Origin: Azolla caroliniana
Lineage: Eukaryota > Plantae > Polypodiophyta
Length of the DNA: 64,000 nt
Direction: 5' to 3'
NCBI GenBank assembly: GCA_043228905.1
Contig: JBHGNT010000003.1
Span: forward strand, 14,322,001-14,386,000
The stretch's first letter is position 1. Every line of letters starts with the position of its first letter. This document shows, in pieces, positions 10,742-22,037 of this stretch. The position numbers were made by a program, and so were the translations under genes. The notes beneath the pieces were generated by a model, which saw nothing but the letters and a program-made list of their open reading frames with translations, was not told where the DNA came from and did not search any database.

Positions 10742-13700
10742 TCATTGTTCGGTTCCCCCCGATGTGTTCGGGTCGGTGCGCACTGTTGTCGGTTCCTCGT
10801 TGTTACGCGTCGGTGTCGGCTCCTCGGTCCCCCGTATCTGTGTCGGTTCCTCGCCATTCAGGATGTCTGGTTCTTGCTTGAAGGGGTTAGCTGGCATGTG
10901 CCCCTTATACGGTTTTAGGCGAAAACCATTTGCCCATTTGCCCACAACTTCTCCTGACAACGTCCCGAGCTGGTAAGACCCATTGTACTCCTTTGTGATC
11001 CAGAATGGTCCGGTCCACCGAAATCGCAATTTCCCTGGCATGCTCCCCATCCTTGTCTGGAACAGTAATACAGGTTTCCCGACCCCGAATTGCTTTTCGT
11101 TACCGCGCCGGTGTCGGTCTACAAAGGCTTTCCTCCTCCTTTGCTCTAGTTCTAGCTGTAGCAGGCTGGCTATTCGATTTTCTTCCAGTTCTAACAGCAT
11201 CTTCAGCCGGATTCGTTCGGATTCCTTCTCGCTTAACCGCTCCTTAACCTGTATTCTTAAGCTAGGAATTTGGAATTCTACTGGCATGACTGCTTCCAAG
11301 CCGAATGCCAGTCGGAACGGGGTCGTCCGGATGCTGGTCTTGTACGCCGTTCGGTACGCCCACAGCACGCTCTGCAACTTCGTGTCCCAGTCGGTCCGGT
11401 TCTCATTGACTATTTTTCTAAGGATGTTCTGTAGCGTTTTATTCGTTGATTCCGCTAATCCGTTGGCTTGAGGGTAGTAGGGAGTGCTTCGTTTGTGTAC
11501 TACCGCATAGAATGAGGTCAAACTTTCCACCACCTGCCCGAGGAAATGTCCTCCCTGGTCACTGATCAGCTCAATCGGGCATCCGTACCGACACCATATG
11601 CATTCATATAAAAATTTGGCCGTGGACGCCGCCGTGTTGTCCCGTAGTGCCTTTGCTTCTACCCATTTGGTGCAGTAGTCGGTAGCCACTATTATATACC
11701 GATTTCCGGTCCGCATTGCCGGTGGCTTAAAGGGGCCGACAAAGTCCAAGCCCCACTTTTGGAATGGTTCTAATGGCAAGACCGGGTGATGTGGCATCCG
11801 GGCCTGCTCCGTGGGTTGGCCAAGTCGTTGACACAGGTCGCATTCCCTGCTATACTTAACGGCATCTCTCATGGTAGTCGGCCACCATAGTCCGCTCTGC
11901 CATATCTTCCGGGCTGTTGTTTCGCCGGCATAATGCCCGCCTGCAATTCCACAGTGGGCTTCCCTCAGGATCAGATCCTTTTCATCGCTCCGCACTGCTC
12001 GCCTCCATACGCCATCTGCCCCCTTGTGATAGAGGGTGTCTCCTACCAAGCAGAAATGTCTGCTCCGTACTGCCATCCTTTTCCGTTCGTCCCGGTCCAG
12101 GTTTTCCGGGGGAACTCCGGTGCTCAGGAACTGATGCATTTCAGTTAACCATTTGTCTTCGTCCGCTACTGTGGTCTCCGTTGCCGGTGCCGTCGTGACC
12201 TTAAACAGCTCGGCGTCGGGAAATTCGTCCTGTACGCCGTCCCCTGATTCTCCGGATTCTAGTCTGCTCAGGTAGTCTGCTACCGCATGCTGCACCCCGG
12301 GTCGGTGGAAAATGTCGAATTCGAATTCCTGTAATAGCAGCGTCCACCGTGCGAGTTTTCCTGTCAGGGCTGCCTTTGAGACCAGGTAGAGTAGTGCCGA
12401 GTGGTCAACGTGGAAGGAGAACTTTCGTCCGAGCAGATAGTGCCTGTACTTTGTGACACTGTACACCATTCCTAATGCCTCTCGTTCCGTTGTAGAGTAG
12501 TTCCGTTCGGCTTTCGAGAGTTTCCTGCTTGCGTAGTACACCGGCCGATACCAGTTTGGTTCCGTGAGTTGCATCAAAACGCTGCCGATTGCTACGTCCG
12601 ACGCGTCGACGAAGACGTGAAAGCTTTTACTCCAGTCCGGCGGCTGCACCACCGGAGCTTGTGACAGCATTACCTTCAACGCTTGGTAGGCTTTCTCCTC
12701 CGTTTCTGTCCATTGGAAAGGTACTCTATGTACAGCAGCGTGCAATGGTGTAGCAAAGTCGGCAAGGTGCCGTATCATCCGACTATGCCACCTTATTTGA
12801 CCAAGGAATCGGCTTAAAGCCTTTGCGCTATTCGGTGCCGGTGCGTCGAGAATTGCTTTTACCTTATCCGGATCTACCGCGATTCCTTCCCGACTCACCA
12901 CGTGGCCTAACAAGTTGCCGCTTGCGACTCCAAAGACGCACTTAGCCGGGTTCAGACTTAATCGGTACTCGCGGCACTTTTCTAAGCATAGTCGTAGGTG
13001 ATCGAGATGCTCTCCGTGTCGGCTGTAGACGGCGAAATCGTCTAGGAAGACCTGCATAAAACCGGGAATAAAACCACCGAAGATTTCCATAATTATCCTT
13101 TGAAATGTTGCAGGGGCTGTCTTTAATCCGAACATCATCACGACCGCTACGAACACTCCCCATTCCGTCACGAACGTTGTTTTCTCTTGGTCGGCCGGGT
13201 TCATTCGGATTTGGTTGTAGCCGCTGAATCCATCCAGGAAGCTGTAAACTTCGTGGCCGGCCACCGCATCTAGCACTCCGTCCGTGAATGGTAGTGGAAA
13301 AGCGTCGGTCACTGTCGCGGCATTTAGTTTCCTGTAGTCCACACATACCCGGATTTTTCCGTTCTTTTTCGGGACCACCACTATCGGGCTTAGCCAGGTT
13401 GCCTGCTTGACTGGTCGGATAAATCCGACCCGGAGAAGCTTGTCAATTTCCTCCTTCACCTTTGCCGCATAGTTTGGATTCATCCGGTACCGACGTTGAG
13501 CGATGGGTTTCGCGTCAGTACTTAGATGAATTTGGTGCTGGTAGAGCTGGGGGTCCAACCCTCGCATGTCTTCGTATGACCATGCGAACACGTCCTTGAA
13601 ATCCGTTAACAGTGCTACCATTGCCTGTTTTTCCTCCTTCGGCAATTCCTTCGCGACTTTTACCGGTCGGGGTTGTTCTGTTGTGCCGAGGTCCACCTCT

Positions 13701-14148
13701 TCCAGCTGGGATGCTTTCACCCTTTGGGATATCGTCATTTCTCTTTCTAGGGCTTCCTGTGCTTGGCGTAGTTCCCGGATCGCCACTTTGTCCGGCTCGT
13801 CCGGCATTGTGATGTACGGCTCTACTGCTGCCGTGATATCCACCTCAAAAAGTGGGACGATCTGTGGGTGTTCCTCGAGGTACCGATCAACTTCCTCATC
13901 CGGTAAGCCTTCCAACATGTTGATGCTTTCGGCATATAAAGGGGTTGCCTCCTTGCTAGTGAGCACCCGTGGTTGCGTGGCTACCCGTACCTTTGTTTTC
14001 CCTCGTCGGAACGTGATCATATTCTTTTGCCAGTTTTGCTTAATATGCGCCGTTCGCAGCCATGGTCGTCCTAACAGTAGGGGATATGCGCCTTGTACAT
14101 TCAGCTCTAGTACCACGGCCGATATTCGGAATACGTGGCCTCCTATTG
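10742..14148 (-). CDS. Gypsy Pol: end of protease, RT, RNase H, integrase (intact frame)
   Basis: LLLGRPWL, RVCVDYRKLN, FLDGFSGYNQI, FLDDF, VDASDVAIG, NYSTTEREALG, HHCC zinc finger, WGLDFVGP, SDQGGHF, YPQANGLAE. Joins in frame with LEVTI at 19607 once the copia is removed. Confidence 0.95.
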
Positions 14149-14199
14149 TGTTGGGATTTCGGTCCCTCCGGATGGGATGTCCGGAGATGAATGACGGCA

Positions 14200-14370
14200 A
14201 GCCCGGTTGCGGTTACGGAGCCGGATGATGAAGAGTACCCGGCATGAAGCCGGATGAAGAGACCCCGGCTACGGAGCCGGATGCTGAAGACCCCGGCTAC
14301 GGAGCCGGATGCTGAAGACCCCGGTTACGGAGCCGGATGATGAATGTACCCGGAGAGAGATCCGGATGCG
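14200..14370. repeat. ~29-bp CCGG-rich tandem repeats in the copia U3 (also at ~18986-19156)
   Basis: Repeated unit ccggctacggagccggatgctgaagacc and variants. Confidence 0.85.
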
Positions 14371-14850
14371 GGGACATATTTGTGAATATGTTTTCCAAGA
14401 GCCCTTGAGGCTTTATTTGTAAATAGCCCGAAAGTCATATGTGTATAAATATGACTTAGGGCAAACAGTTTAAGTTGTTGTTGCTCATTTTCTGTTTTTT
14501 CACTTAGTGGGAGCGAAGTGAGAGCAGCCGAGAGAGAGAGAGAGAGAGAACCGAAGAGGTCGACGCCTCTGTGTAATACCGCCGCCTGTGGCGAGGACAG
14601 CGAGCTCAAGGTCGTCGCCTTGCAGCTCGCCATTGTATATTCCAGTGTATAGTGATAGTTGGAGTCGTGCACTCCCGTGGTTTTTCCCGTTTAGGGTTTT
14701 CCACGTTATACCCTGTGTATCGTGTCTTTCTCTGTATTTCCTATTTTCTGCTCCATTGATTCGCGATTTCTCGGTTGTGGCTGAGTGGTGAAGGTGAATA
14801 GAAGGGTCGATTCCCTATCAAAGTGGTATCAGAGCGAAGTTCTGCAGAAA

Positions 14851-17800
14851 ATGGAAGGCGGCGGCAGCGGGCAGCCGGGGATGATGGTGCTGAATGCACA
14901 AAATTACGCCGACTGGAAGATCAAGATGGAGGATCTTCTGATTGTTCGGGACCTGTACGAACCGATTGACAGGTCGGAAATACCGAAAGGGGTACTTGAG
15001 TCGGAGTGGAAGCTCCTGAACCGGAAAGCCGTAGCGACGATCCGACAATATGTCGATGTTAGTGTCCTACAACATGTGGCGAACGACACCAACGCATACG
15101 AGATGTGGAAGAAGCTGTCGGGCCTCTATGAGAGGAAGAATGCGTTGAACCGGACCTCCCTGATGAGGAAGATAGTGAATCTCAAGTACCGGGACGGCGA
15201 GAGTATGGTTGAACACGTAAGCACGTTCATGGGATTCGTGAACCAGCTTGCGGCGATTAAGTTCCCGTTGGAGGATGCAATGCAAGCCATCATCCTGATG
15301 TGTACATTGCCGGAAAGCTGGGAGAACTTGGTGGTGACTCTCAGCACCTCCTGCACGGAAGATAACTTGTCCCTACAAACGGTAAAGACAAGTATTTTGA
15401 ACGAAGAAGCGCGTCGGAGAGATAAGGAACCGGCCTCCGACTCAAAGGCGCTGCTTACCGAATCGGAACGGGGAAGACAATGGAACCGGAGTCCGCAAAG
15501 ACGGGAGAAGTCTGGGACCCGGTCGCAGTCAAGAGTAAGACCCACATGCTTCCACTGTGGGAAGCCGGGGCACTTCCGGAAGAATTGCCGGCATTACCGA
15601 AAAGACAACGGAGCCGACGACACCGATTCGAAGAGGTCACCGGAGAGAAACGGTGCATACCGGGGAGCCACGGACCGGAGAGGTCCGGATCGGCGAGGGC
15701 AGGACCGGAAAGGAACGACGGCACTCGCGGCAAGTGAAGAGGAGATCATGCTCATTACCGAAGAAAGGGAGCTGAACCTTGCCGATGAAGAGATGACCTG
15801 GGTGGTCGATTCCGGAGCGTCGTTCCACCTGACCCCGGAGAAGAAATACTTCTCATCCTACACAGCCGGTGAGCACGGCTGTGTCCGGATGGGAAATGAA
15901 GGTACGTGCCGGATAGCCGGCATAGGAGACGTGTGGCTGATGACATCAACCGGATGCAAGATGCTGCTGAAGGATGTGCGACACGTTCCGGAGGTCCGAT
16001 TGAACCTGATCTCGGCCGGGAGGCTAGATGATGAAGGCTACACGGGTAGCATCCGGAACGGTGTCATGAAGTTCAGCAAGGGGAGCCTGATAGTGGCTCG
16101 GGCCCGGAAGGTCAACACACTGTACCTGATGAATTCCCGGCTATGTCCGGAAGAGCTGAATGTGGCAGCCGACACTGCCGGTGAGCTGTGGCACAAAAGA
16201 CTGTGCCACATGAGTGAGAAGGGGATGAAGAGGCTTGCAGAAGACAACCTCATTCCAGTGAAGCATGTGCACCTGGAGAAGTGCACCGACTGCCTGGCCG
16301 GTAAGCAAAACCGGACCTCCTTCCACTCAAGGCCACCGACGAGACGTAGCGCACCATTGGAGTTGGTGCACACCGATGTGTGTCAGGTAGAAACGAAGTC
16401 ACATGGCGGAGCCCAGTACTTCGTAACATTCATTGATGATCACAGCCGGAAGCTGTGGACGGCACCGTTGAAGACAAAGGACCAAGTGTTGTCCGTCTTC
16501 AAAGAACTCCACGCGAGAGTGGAAAGGGAATCCGGCAAGAAGCTGAAAGCGATACGAGCGGATAACGGAGGGGAATACCGGGGGCAGTTCCAGGAGTACT
16601 GTCGCTCGAAGGGAATCCGGCTCGAGTTTACTGTGCCGAAGACGCCGGAACTGAACGGGCTGGCCGAGAGGATGAACCGGACCATAATGGAGAGGGTCCG
16701 GAGTATGCTGGCGCATGCGAAATTACCCAAGGGGTTTTGGGCTGAGGCAATGTCGACGGCGACATACGTGATAAACAGATCACCCTCAGTACCTTTGGAC
16801 GGAGACACGCCGCAGAAAGTGTGGACCGGTAAGGAAGTGTCCTACCGGCATCTGAAAGTGTTCGGGTGTCTCGCATACGTGCATGTGGCAAAGGACCGGA
16901 GAGGAAAGCTAGATCCAAAGACCCGGCCATGCATATTCCTCGGATACGGCGACGACGAGTTCGGCTACCGAGTATGGGACCCGGTCGACAAGAAGATATT
17001 CAGGAGTCGAGACATCATCTTCATGGAGGACAAGACACTCGCCGACTGGGAGTCGGAGAAGAAGATGAAGAGCTCCAAGTCGACCGGTGAGGATCAACTC
17101 TACGAGGAGCAGTCCCGACCGGCAAGGGACCGGTTAACACTCGAGGATCCGGCCGAAGACTATGAAGAAACAGAACCGGCCGAAGAAGATGAAAATGATA
17201 CCGGAACCGGCCCCGATCCCGAAATGGATTCGGATGAAGAAGAATCGGAAGAACCGGCTACCGAAGCTCCGGAACGGAGATATCCTCTAAGAGAGAGAAG
17301 GGCCCCCCGGAGATTTCCGGAACCAGAGCACGTGCTGCTAACCGACGAGGGGGAGCCGGAGAGCTTTGAAGAAGCAAAGCATGACACCCAGAGCCGCAGG
17401 TGGTTGAGTGCCATGCAGGACGAGATGGATTCCCTGCATGAGAACCACACATATGAACTTGTGGAGTTGCCGAAAGGAAAGCGGGCACTTCGAAACAAGT
17501 GGGTGTTCAAGCTGAAACCGGGAGATGCCGGAAATCCCCCGAGATACAAAGCCAGGATCGTGGTGAAGGGGTTTCAGCAGAAGAAGGGCGTCGACTTCGA
17601 CGAGATATTCGCCCCGGTAGTGAAGATGACCTCCATCCGAACGGTGCTGAGCATAGCGGCAAGCATGGACCTCGAGGTAGAACAGATGGACGTGAAGACG
17701 GCATTCCTTCACGGTGACCTCGAAGAAGAGATCTACATGCAGCAACCGGAAGGATTCGAGAAGAAAGGGAAGGAGCACCTGGTATGCCGGTTGAAGAAGA

Positions 17801-18924
17801 GCCTTTACGGACTGAAGCAGGCTCCCCGGCAATGGTACCGGAAGTTCGACTCCTTCATGACCGACGAAGGGTACCACAAAACGCAGTCTGATCACTGCGT
17901 GTTTGTGAAGAAGTTCGAAGGAGGAGACTCTCTAATACTCCTCCTGTACGTGGACGACATGTTGATCGTCGGACGGGACCAGGTCAAGATACGGGCGCTG
18001 AAGAAAGCGCTTCACCGAACCTTCTCAATGAAGGACCTGGGTCCGGCGAGGCAAATACTAGGGATGCACATCATCCGGGACCGTAAGAAGAAGCAACTGT
18101 GGCTGTCACAGGAGAAGTACGTGACAAAGGTGCTTCACCGGTTCAACATGTCGGAAGCAAGACCGGTCGGATCGACCCTCCCGGCAAACTGCAAGCTGAC
18201 CAGCAAGCAAAGTCCCAAGACGAAGGCTGAAAAGGAGGATATGATGGAAGTGCCGTATGCCTCAGCCGTCGGGAGCTTGATGTACGCCATGGTGTGTACG
18301 AGACCGGACATAGGATATGCAGTCGGAGTGGTGAGCCGGTACATGAGCAATCCCGGCAGAGAGCATTGGAACGCGGCCAAGTGGATACTCCGATACCTGA
18401 AGGGCACGGCAAACGTGTGCCTCCGATTCGGCTCCGGTAAGCCCGAACTCGACGGCTTTACTGATTCTGATATGTCGGCTGATGCAGATACCAGCCGGTC
18501 CACATCAGGGTATGTGATGACGTATGCAGGGGGAGCTATTTCGTGGCAGTCGAGGCTGCAGAAGACGGTTGCGTTGTCAACCACGGAGGCGGAGTACATG
18601 GCGGCTGTTGAAGCCGGCAAGGAAATAATATGGATGAAGGACTTCATTAGAGAGCTCGGTATCCGGCAAGAGGAGTACCGACTCTACTGCGACAGTCAGA
18701 GTGCCATCCACCTTGCGAAGAACGCGGCCTACCATTCCCGGACGAAACACATCCAGCGGAGATACCACTGGATCCGGGAGAGTATAGAAGACGAGGAGTT
18801 CGTGCTGACGAAGATCCACACGGACGAGAACGGGTCGGATATGCTGACCAAGGTGCTCACACCCGACAAGCTGGAAGCATGCCGGAAGAGGATCGGGTTG
18901 GAGAGACATCCCATGCCGAAGTGA
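14851..18924 (+). CDS. Copia Gag-Pol polyprotein, 1357 aa
   Basis: Single open frame with CFHCGKPGHFRKNC, WVVDSGAS, LWHKRLCH, DNGGEY, QMDVKTAFLHG, LYVDDML, TDSDM and AEYMA motifs. Confidence 0.97.
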   Translation: MEGGGSGQPGMMVLNAQNYADWKIKMEDLLIVRDLYEPIDRSEIPKGVLESEWKLLNRKAVATIRQYVDVSVLQHVANDTNAYEMWKKLSGLYERKNALNRTSLMRKIVNLKYRDGESMVEHVSTFMGFVNQLAAIKFPLEDAMQAIILMCTLPESWENLVVTLSTSCTEDNLSLQTVKTSILNEEARRRDKEPASDSKALLTESERGRQWNRSPQRREKSGTRSQSRVRPTCFHCGKPGHFRKNCRHYRKDNGADDTDSKRSPERNGAYRGATDRRGPDRRGQDRKGTTALAASEEEIMLITEERELNLADEEMTWVVDSGASFHLTPEKKYFSSYTAGEHGCVRMGNEGTCRIAGIGDVWLMTSTGCKMLLKDVRHVPEVRLNLISAGRLDDEGYTGSIRNGVMKFSKGSLIVARARKVNTLYLMNSRLCPEELNVAADTAGELWHKRLCHMSEKGMKRLAEDNLIPVKHVHLEKCTDCLAGKQNRTSFHSRPPTRRSAPLELVHTDVCQVETKSHGGAQYFVTFIDDHSRKLWTAPLKTKDQVLSVFKELHARVERESGKKLKAIRADNGGEYRGQFQEYCRSKGIRLEFTVPKTPELNGLAERMNRTIMERVRSMLAHAKLPKGFWAEAMSTATYVINRSPSVPLDGDTPQKVWTGKEVSYRHLKVFGCLAYVHVAKDRRGKLDPKTRPCIFLGYGDDEFGYRVWDPVDKKIFRSRDIIFMEDKTLADWESEKKMKSSKSTGEDQLYEEQSRPARDRLTLEDPAEDYEETEPAEEDENDTGTGPDPEMDSDEEESEEPATEAPERRYPLRERRAPRRFPEPEHVLLTDEGEPESFEEAKHDTQSRRWLSAMQDEMDSLHENHTYELVELPKGKRALRNKWVFKLKPGDAGNPPRYKARIVVKGFQQKKGVDFDEIFAPVVKMTSIRTVLSIAASMDLEVEQMDVKTAFLHGDLEEEIYMQQPEGFEKKGKEHLVCRLKKSLYGLKQAPRQWYRKFDSFMTDEGYHKTQSDHCVFVKKFEGGDSLILLLYVDDMLIVGRDQVKIRALKKALHRTFSMKDLGPARQILGMHIIRDRKKKQLWLSQEKYVTKVLHRFNMSEARPVGSTLPANCKLTSKQSPKTKAEKEDMMEVPYASAVGSLMYAMVCTRPDIGYAVGVVSRYMSNPGREHWNAAKWILRYLKGTANVCLRFGSGKPELDGFTDSDMSADADTSRSTSGYVMTYAGGAISWQSRLQKTVALSTTEAEYMAAVEAGKEIIWMKDFIRELGIRQEEYRLYCDSQSAIHLAKNAAYHSRTKHIQRRYHWIRESIEDEEFVLTKIHTDENGSDMLTKVLTPDKLEACRKRIGLERHPMPK

Positions 18925-19606
18925 AGGGGGAGTTTGTTGGGATTTCGGTCCCTCCGGATGGGATGTCCGGAGATGAATGACGGCAAGCCCGGTTGCGGTT
19001 ACGGAGCCGGATGATGAAGAGTACCCGGCATGAAGCCGGATGAAGAGACCCCGGCTACGGAGCCGGATGCTGAAGACCCCGGCTACGGAGCCGGATGCTG
19101 AAGACCCCGGTTACGGAGCCGGATGATGAATGTACCCGGAGAGAGATCCGGATGCGGGGACATATTTGTGAATATGTTTTCCAAGAGCCCTTGAGGCTTT
19201 ATTTGTAAATAGCCCGAAAGTCATATGTGTATAAATATGACTTAGGGCAAACAGTTTAAGTTGTTGTTGCTCATTTTCTGTTTTTTCACTTAGTGGGAGC
19301 GAAGTGAGAGCAGCCGAGAGAGAGAGAGAGAGAGAACCGAAGAGGTCGACGCCTCTGTGTAATACCGCCGCCTGTGGCGAGGACAGCGAGCTCAAGGTCG
19401 TCGCCTTGCAGCTCGCCATTGTATATTCCAGTGTATAGTGATAGTTGGAGTCGTGCACTCCCGTGGTTTTTCCCGTTTAGGGTTTTCCACGTTATACCCT
19501 GTGTATCGTGTCTTTCTCTGTATTTCCTATTTTCTGCTCCATTGATTCGCGATTTCTCGGTTGTGGCTGAGTGGTGAAGGTGAATAGAAGGGTCGATTCC
19601 CTATCA

Positions 19607-21985
19607 TATTGTTACTTCCAAGTCCCGGATAAGACCAGTTGGTCGGACTGAGCTTGTATCCGCCATGTGTAACCAGAAGGGGCATGGTTCCCACTCCTGG
19701 ATGCCTAGGTCGTCGCATGTCTGTCGACTAATGACGTTCACCCCGGAGCCTCCGTCAATAATTGTTCCTGGAATCTCCTTTCCTTTGACGATTGTCGTGA
19801 TTGCTGGGCTACTGGTATCAACCACCGCTGGGCCTTCCTCCGGGTTGGAGAAAAATGCCGGTGCCGGCGTCGGCGTCGGTTTGCTCACGGCGGCTTGTAA
19901 GTCTGCTGTGAACCGCGGCACCAACTGCAGTAACCGTGCCAACGGCAGTACGATCTGACAATCTTGTAGTGCTTGCCATGTCGGGTTTTCTCCTGGCTGT
20001 ACGATTTCCTCCTCCCTTGGCATATTTTGGTTTCTTACTTCCGCCGCACCTTGTTCGTTGGCTTCTTTGATCCATTGTGCCGCTTGTTTTCTGATTGCTT
20101 CCTGGGCTTCCCATTCGGCGGCCTTCCCCTTCGACCGCGTGGTAACCTGCTGTACTTCGGCTGTTACCATGTTGACTGCTGGCTGCTTGTCGGCTGTTTT
20201 GCTTGGGCATTGATTACTGTAATGCCCTTCTTTTCGGCAGTAATAACAGTACACCCTGTGCGTGTTGCTGGATTCTCATTTTTCCCATGTTTGGGGAAGG
20301 GGCATTCCCCGGCGGTTGTCCTCGGTTTTTTGGTTCTCCGGTGCCGCTACTGGTTTGTCATTCCTTGTTGCCTCCCGACGCTCCTCTCTACGGAAGAATC
20401 CACGCCTTTGGTTCCGTCGGAAATTCCGGTTCCCTGGCCGCCTTTCTTCTCTGCGTCGCTCGTATTCCGAGGATTCGTCTCGGTCGTACCGGTCCCGGGG
20501 GTAGCTATCCCTTCGGTTCTCCTCTCGGTCGTACCGGTCCCGGGGGTAGCTATCCCTTCGGTTCTCCTCTCGGTCATAGCCGTCGCGTCTTCTGTCGGGG
20601 TATCTGTCGCCGCGTTCTCGTCGGTAGCGGTCGTCCCTCCGGAATCGATCCTCTTCCGGGTCCCGATTGCGCGGTTCTATGTGTCGGACCGGTGCCGCTT
20701 GTCGAGTTAACAGGTTATACTCGCATTGGTTCGTTGTGTGGGCGCGAGAATTGCATATCATGCACTGTGCGCGCAGGGTGCAGTCAACGGTCGAGTGCCC
20801 CGAATTTAGGCATGTTGTGCATTGTAGGGCTTGTCGGAACCGGAGGTCCTCCTCCTTCGGAAGCGCCTGGTGTAACGCCCCCATTGGCAAGAAGGGGCTC
20901 GTGTTGTCCATTTCCAGGACCCGATCAATGACTTGGTCCATTGTGCTGGTGCTGAAATCGATGATTCCACACATCGCCCGAAGTGGGTCTTTTAACGCAG
21001 CCAAAAAGACTGCCTTGGCCTCCTCTTCGGGTGGTGCTCTTGCTAATTGACTGTGCAAGGTCTGGAAACGAATGATAAATTGTGGGACCGTCTCGTTTTC
21101 TCCCTGCCGAGTGGTGTAGAATTGTCCGACCAATTCCCTTTGTTCCACTCGTCTATGAAACAAGCGTAAAAACTGGGTTTTCAATGCCTCGAACGTGGCG
21201 AAGCTGCCTGGTAAGTGCTTGTCGTGCCACCGGGCCGCCGGTCCTTCTAATGTCATGCCGAATTCGGCGACTTTGGATCGGTCGGCCTCGGGCTCCGTCA
21301 GTCTCTGGGACACGTGGTTGGCTTCCCATGTTCGCAGGAATGCATACACATGTGCCTCTCCGTCGGGCTCATCCCGATACTTTGGGTATGGATACGGCAT
21401 CGTGTCGTCCCACTGATTCTCCTACGCTGGTTCCTCCGATGTCGGTCTCCGCTCCTGCGGTTCCTCCGCAGGTGGTGTTGGTATCCGCTCCTGCGGTTCC
21501 TCCGCGGGTGGTGTTGATAACCGCTCCTGCGGTTCCTCCGCGGGTGGTGTTGGTATCCGCTCCTCCCTCCTCGGCGATTGCCGGTCACCGAACTCCAGAG
21601 TTATTTCCTCCTCTGGCTCCGATGTTGCTGAGCGATCCGACTCAAAGGGGTTGTTCTCGTGGCTGCTTTTATAGCGGGATCCCACGCTTTCCCCGCTATC
21701 CGAATCCGCCTCTAATGTTGCAAATGCCGCTGCGTCCCCGTCGCCGCCAGCGAGAGTCTGTAGTAGTGTCTTCGCTTCTTGGAGGCTGGTTATGCTACTG
21801 CCTTCGTCGGAAGCTTGTAGAACCTGGAACTGCAGGGCGTCTTCTGCGATTTGCCGAAGCGTTTTTGAGAACGACCGATCGCGCCGGATCTCGTCGACGG
21901 CTTGCTGCAGGGCTTCCCGTCGTCGCTGCCGTTCGGCGTGGCGTCTCCCTCTTTCGGTGATGTGGTCGTTATTTTGTCTAGACAT
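19607..21985 (-). CDS. Gypsy Gag and N-terminal protease; one frame with two in-frame stops (TAG 21424-21422, TGA 20278-20276)
   Basis: ATG at 21985. The three listed ORFs share one frame. Capsid motifs (TLEGPAARW, TRQGENETV), three CCHC knuckles, protease IIDGGSGVN; 36-bp and 45-bp internal tandem repeats. Confidence 0.85.
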
Positions 21986-22020
21986 CCATCCCCCGGTTGT
22001 CCTCTGCACTCTGCAGGAAT

Positions 22021-22031
22021 CGTGGTCGCCA
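22021..22031 (-). other. Primary PBS (tRNA-Arg type) of the young gypsy
   Basis: Minus strand reads LTR-ctattt-TGGCGACCACG; complementary to a tRNA end GUGGUCGCCA, recalled as plant tRNA-Arg(UCG). Confidence 0.7.
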
Positions 22032-22037
22032 AAATAG

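Larger units (their letters stand above)
14149..19606 (+). mobile_element. Intact, very young Tork/Tnt1-like Ty1/copia (5458 bp) inserted in the gypsy protease
   Basis: LTRs 14149-14820 and 18935-19606 (672 bp, identical by eye). TSD TATTG at 14144-14148 and 19607-19611. Met PBS tggtatcagagc 14824-14835; PPT gaagggggag 18923-18932. Confidence 0.98.

Noticed and set aside
14148-14200. Listed N-terminus MPSFISGHPIRRDRNPN of the 1152-aa ORF
   Set aside because: It comes from the antisense strand of the inserted copia LTR; the true upstream Pol is at 19607 and above.
14200-14370. Short direct repeats that might suggest a CRISPR-like array
   Set aside because: The units are contiguous without unique spacers, lie inside a copia LTR and are duplicated in the other LTR; the context is eukaryotic with no cas genes.
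20270-20292. GGGAAAA slippery-like heptamer before the gag TGA
   Set aside because: It is not in the X XXY YYZ phase of gag, and the downstream knuckle and protease are in the same frame, so no frameshift is needed.
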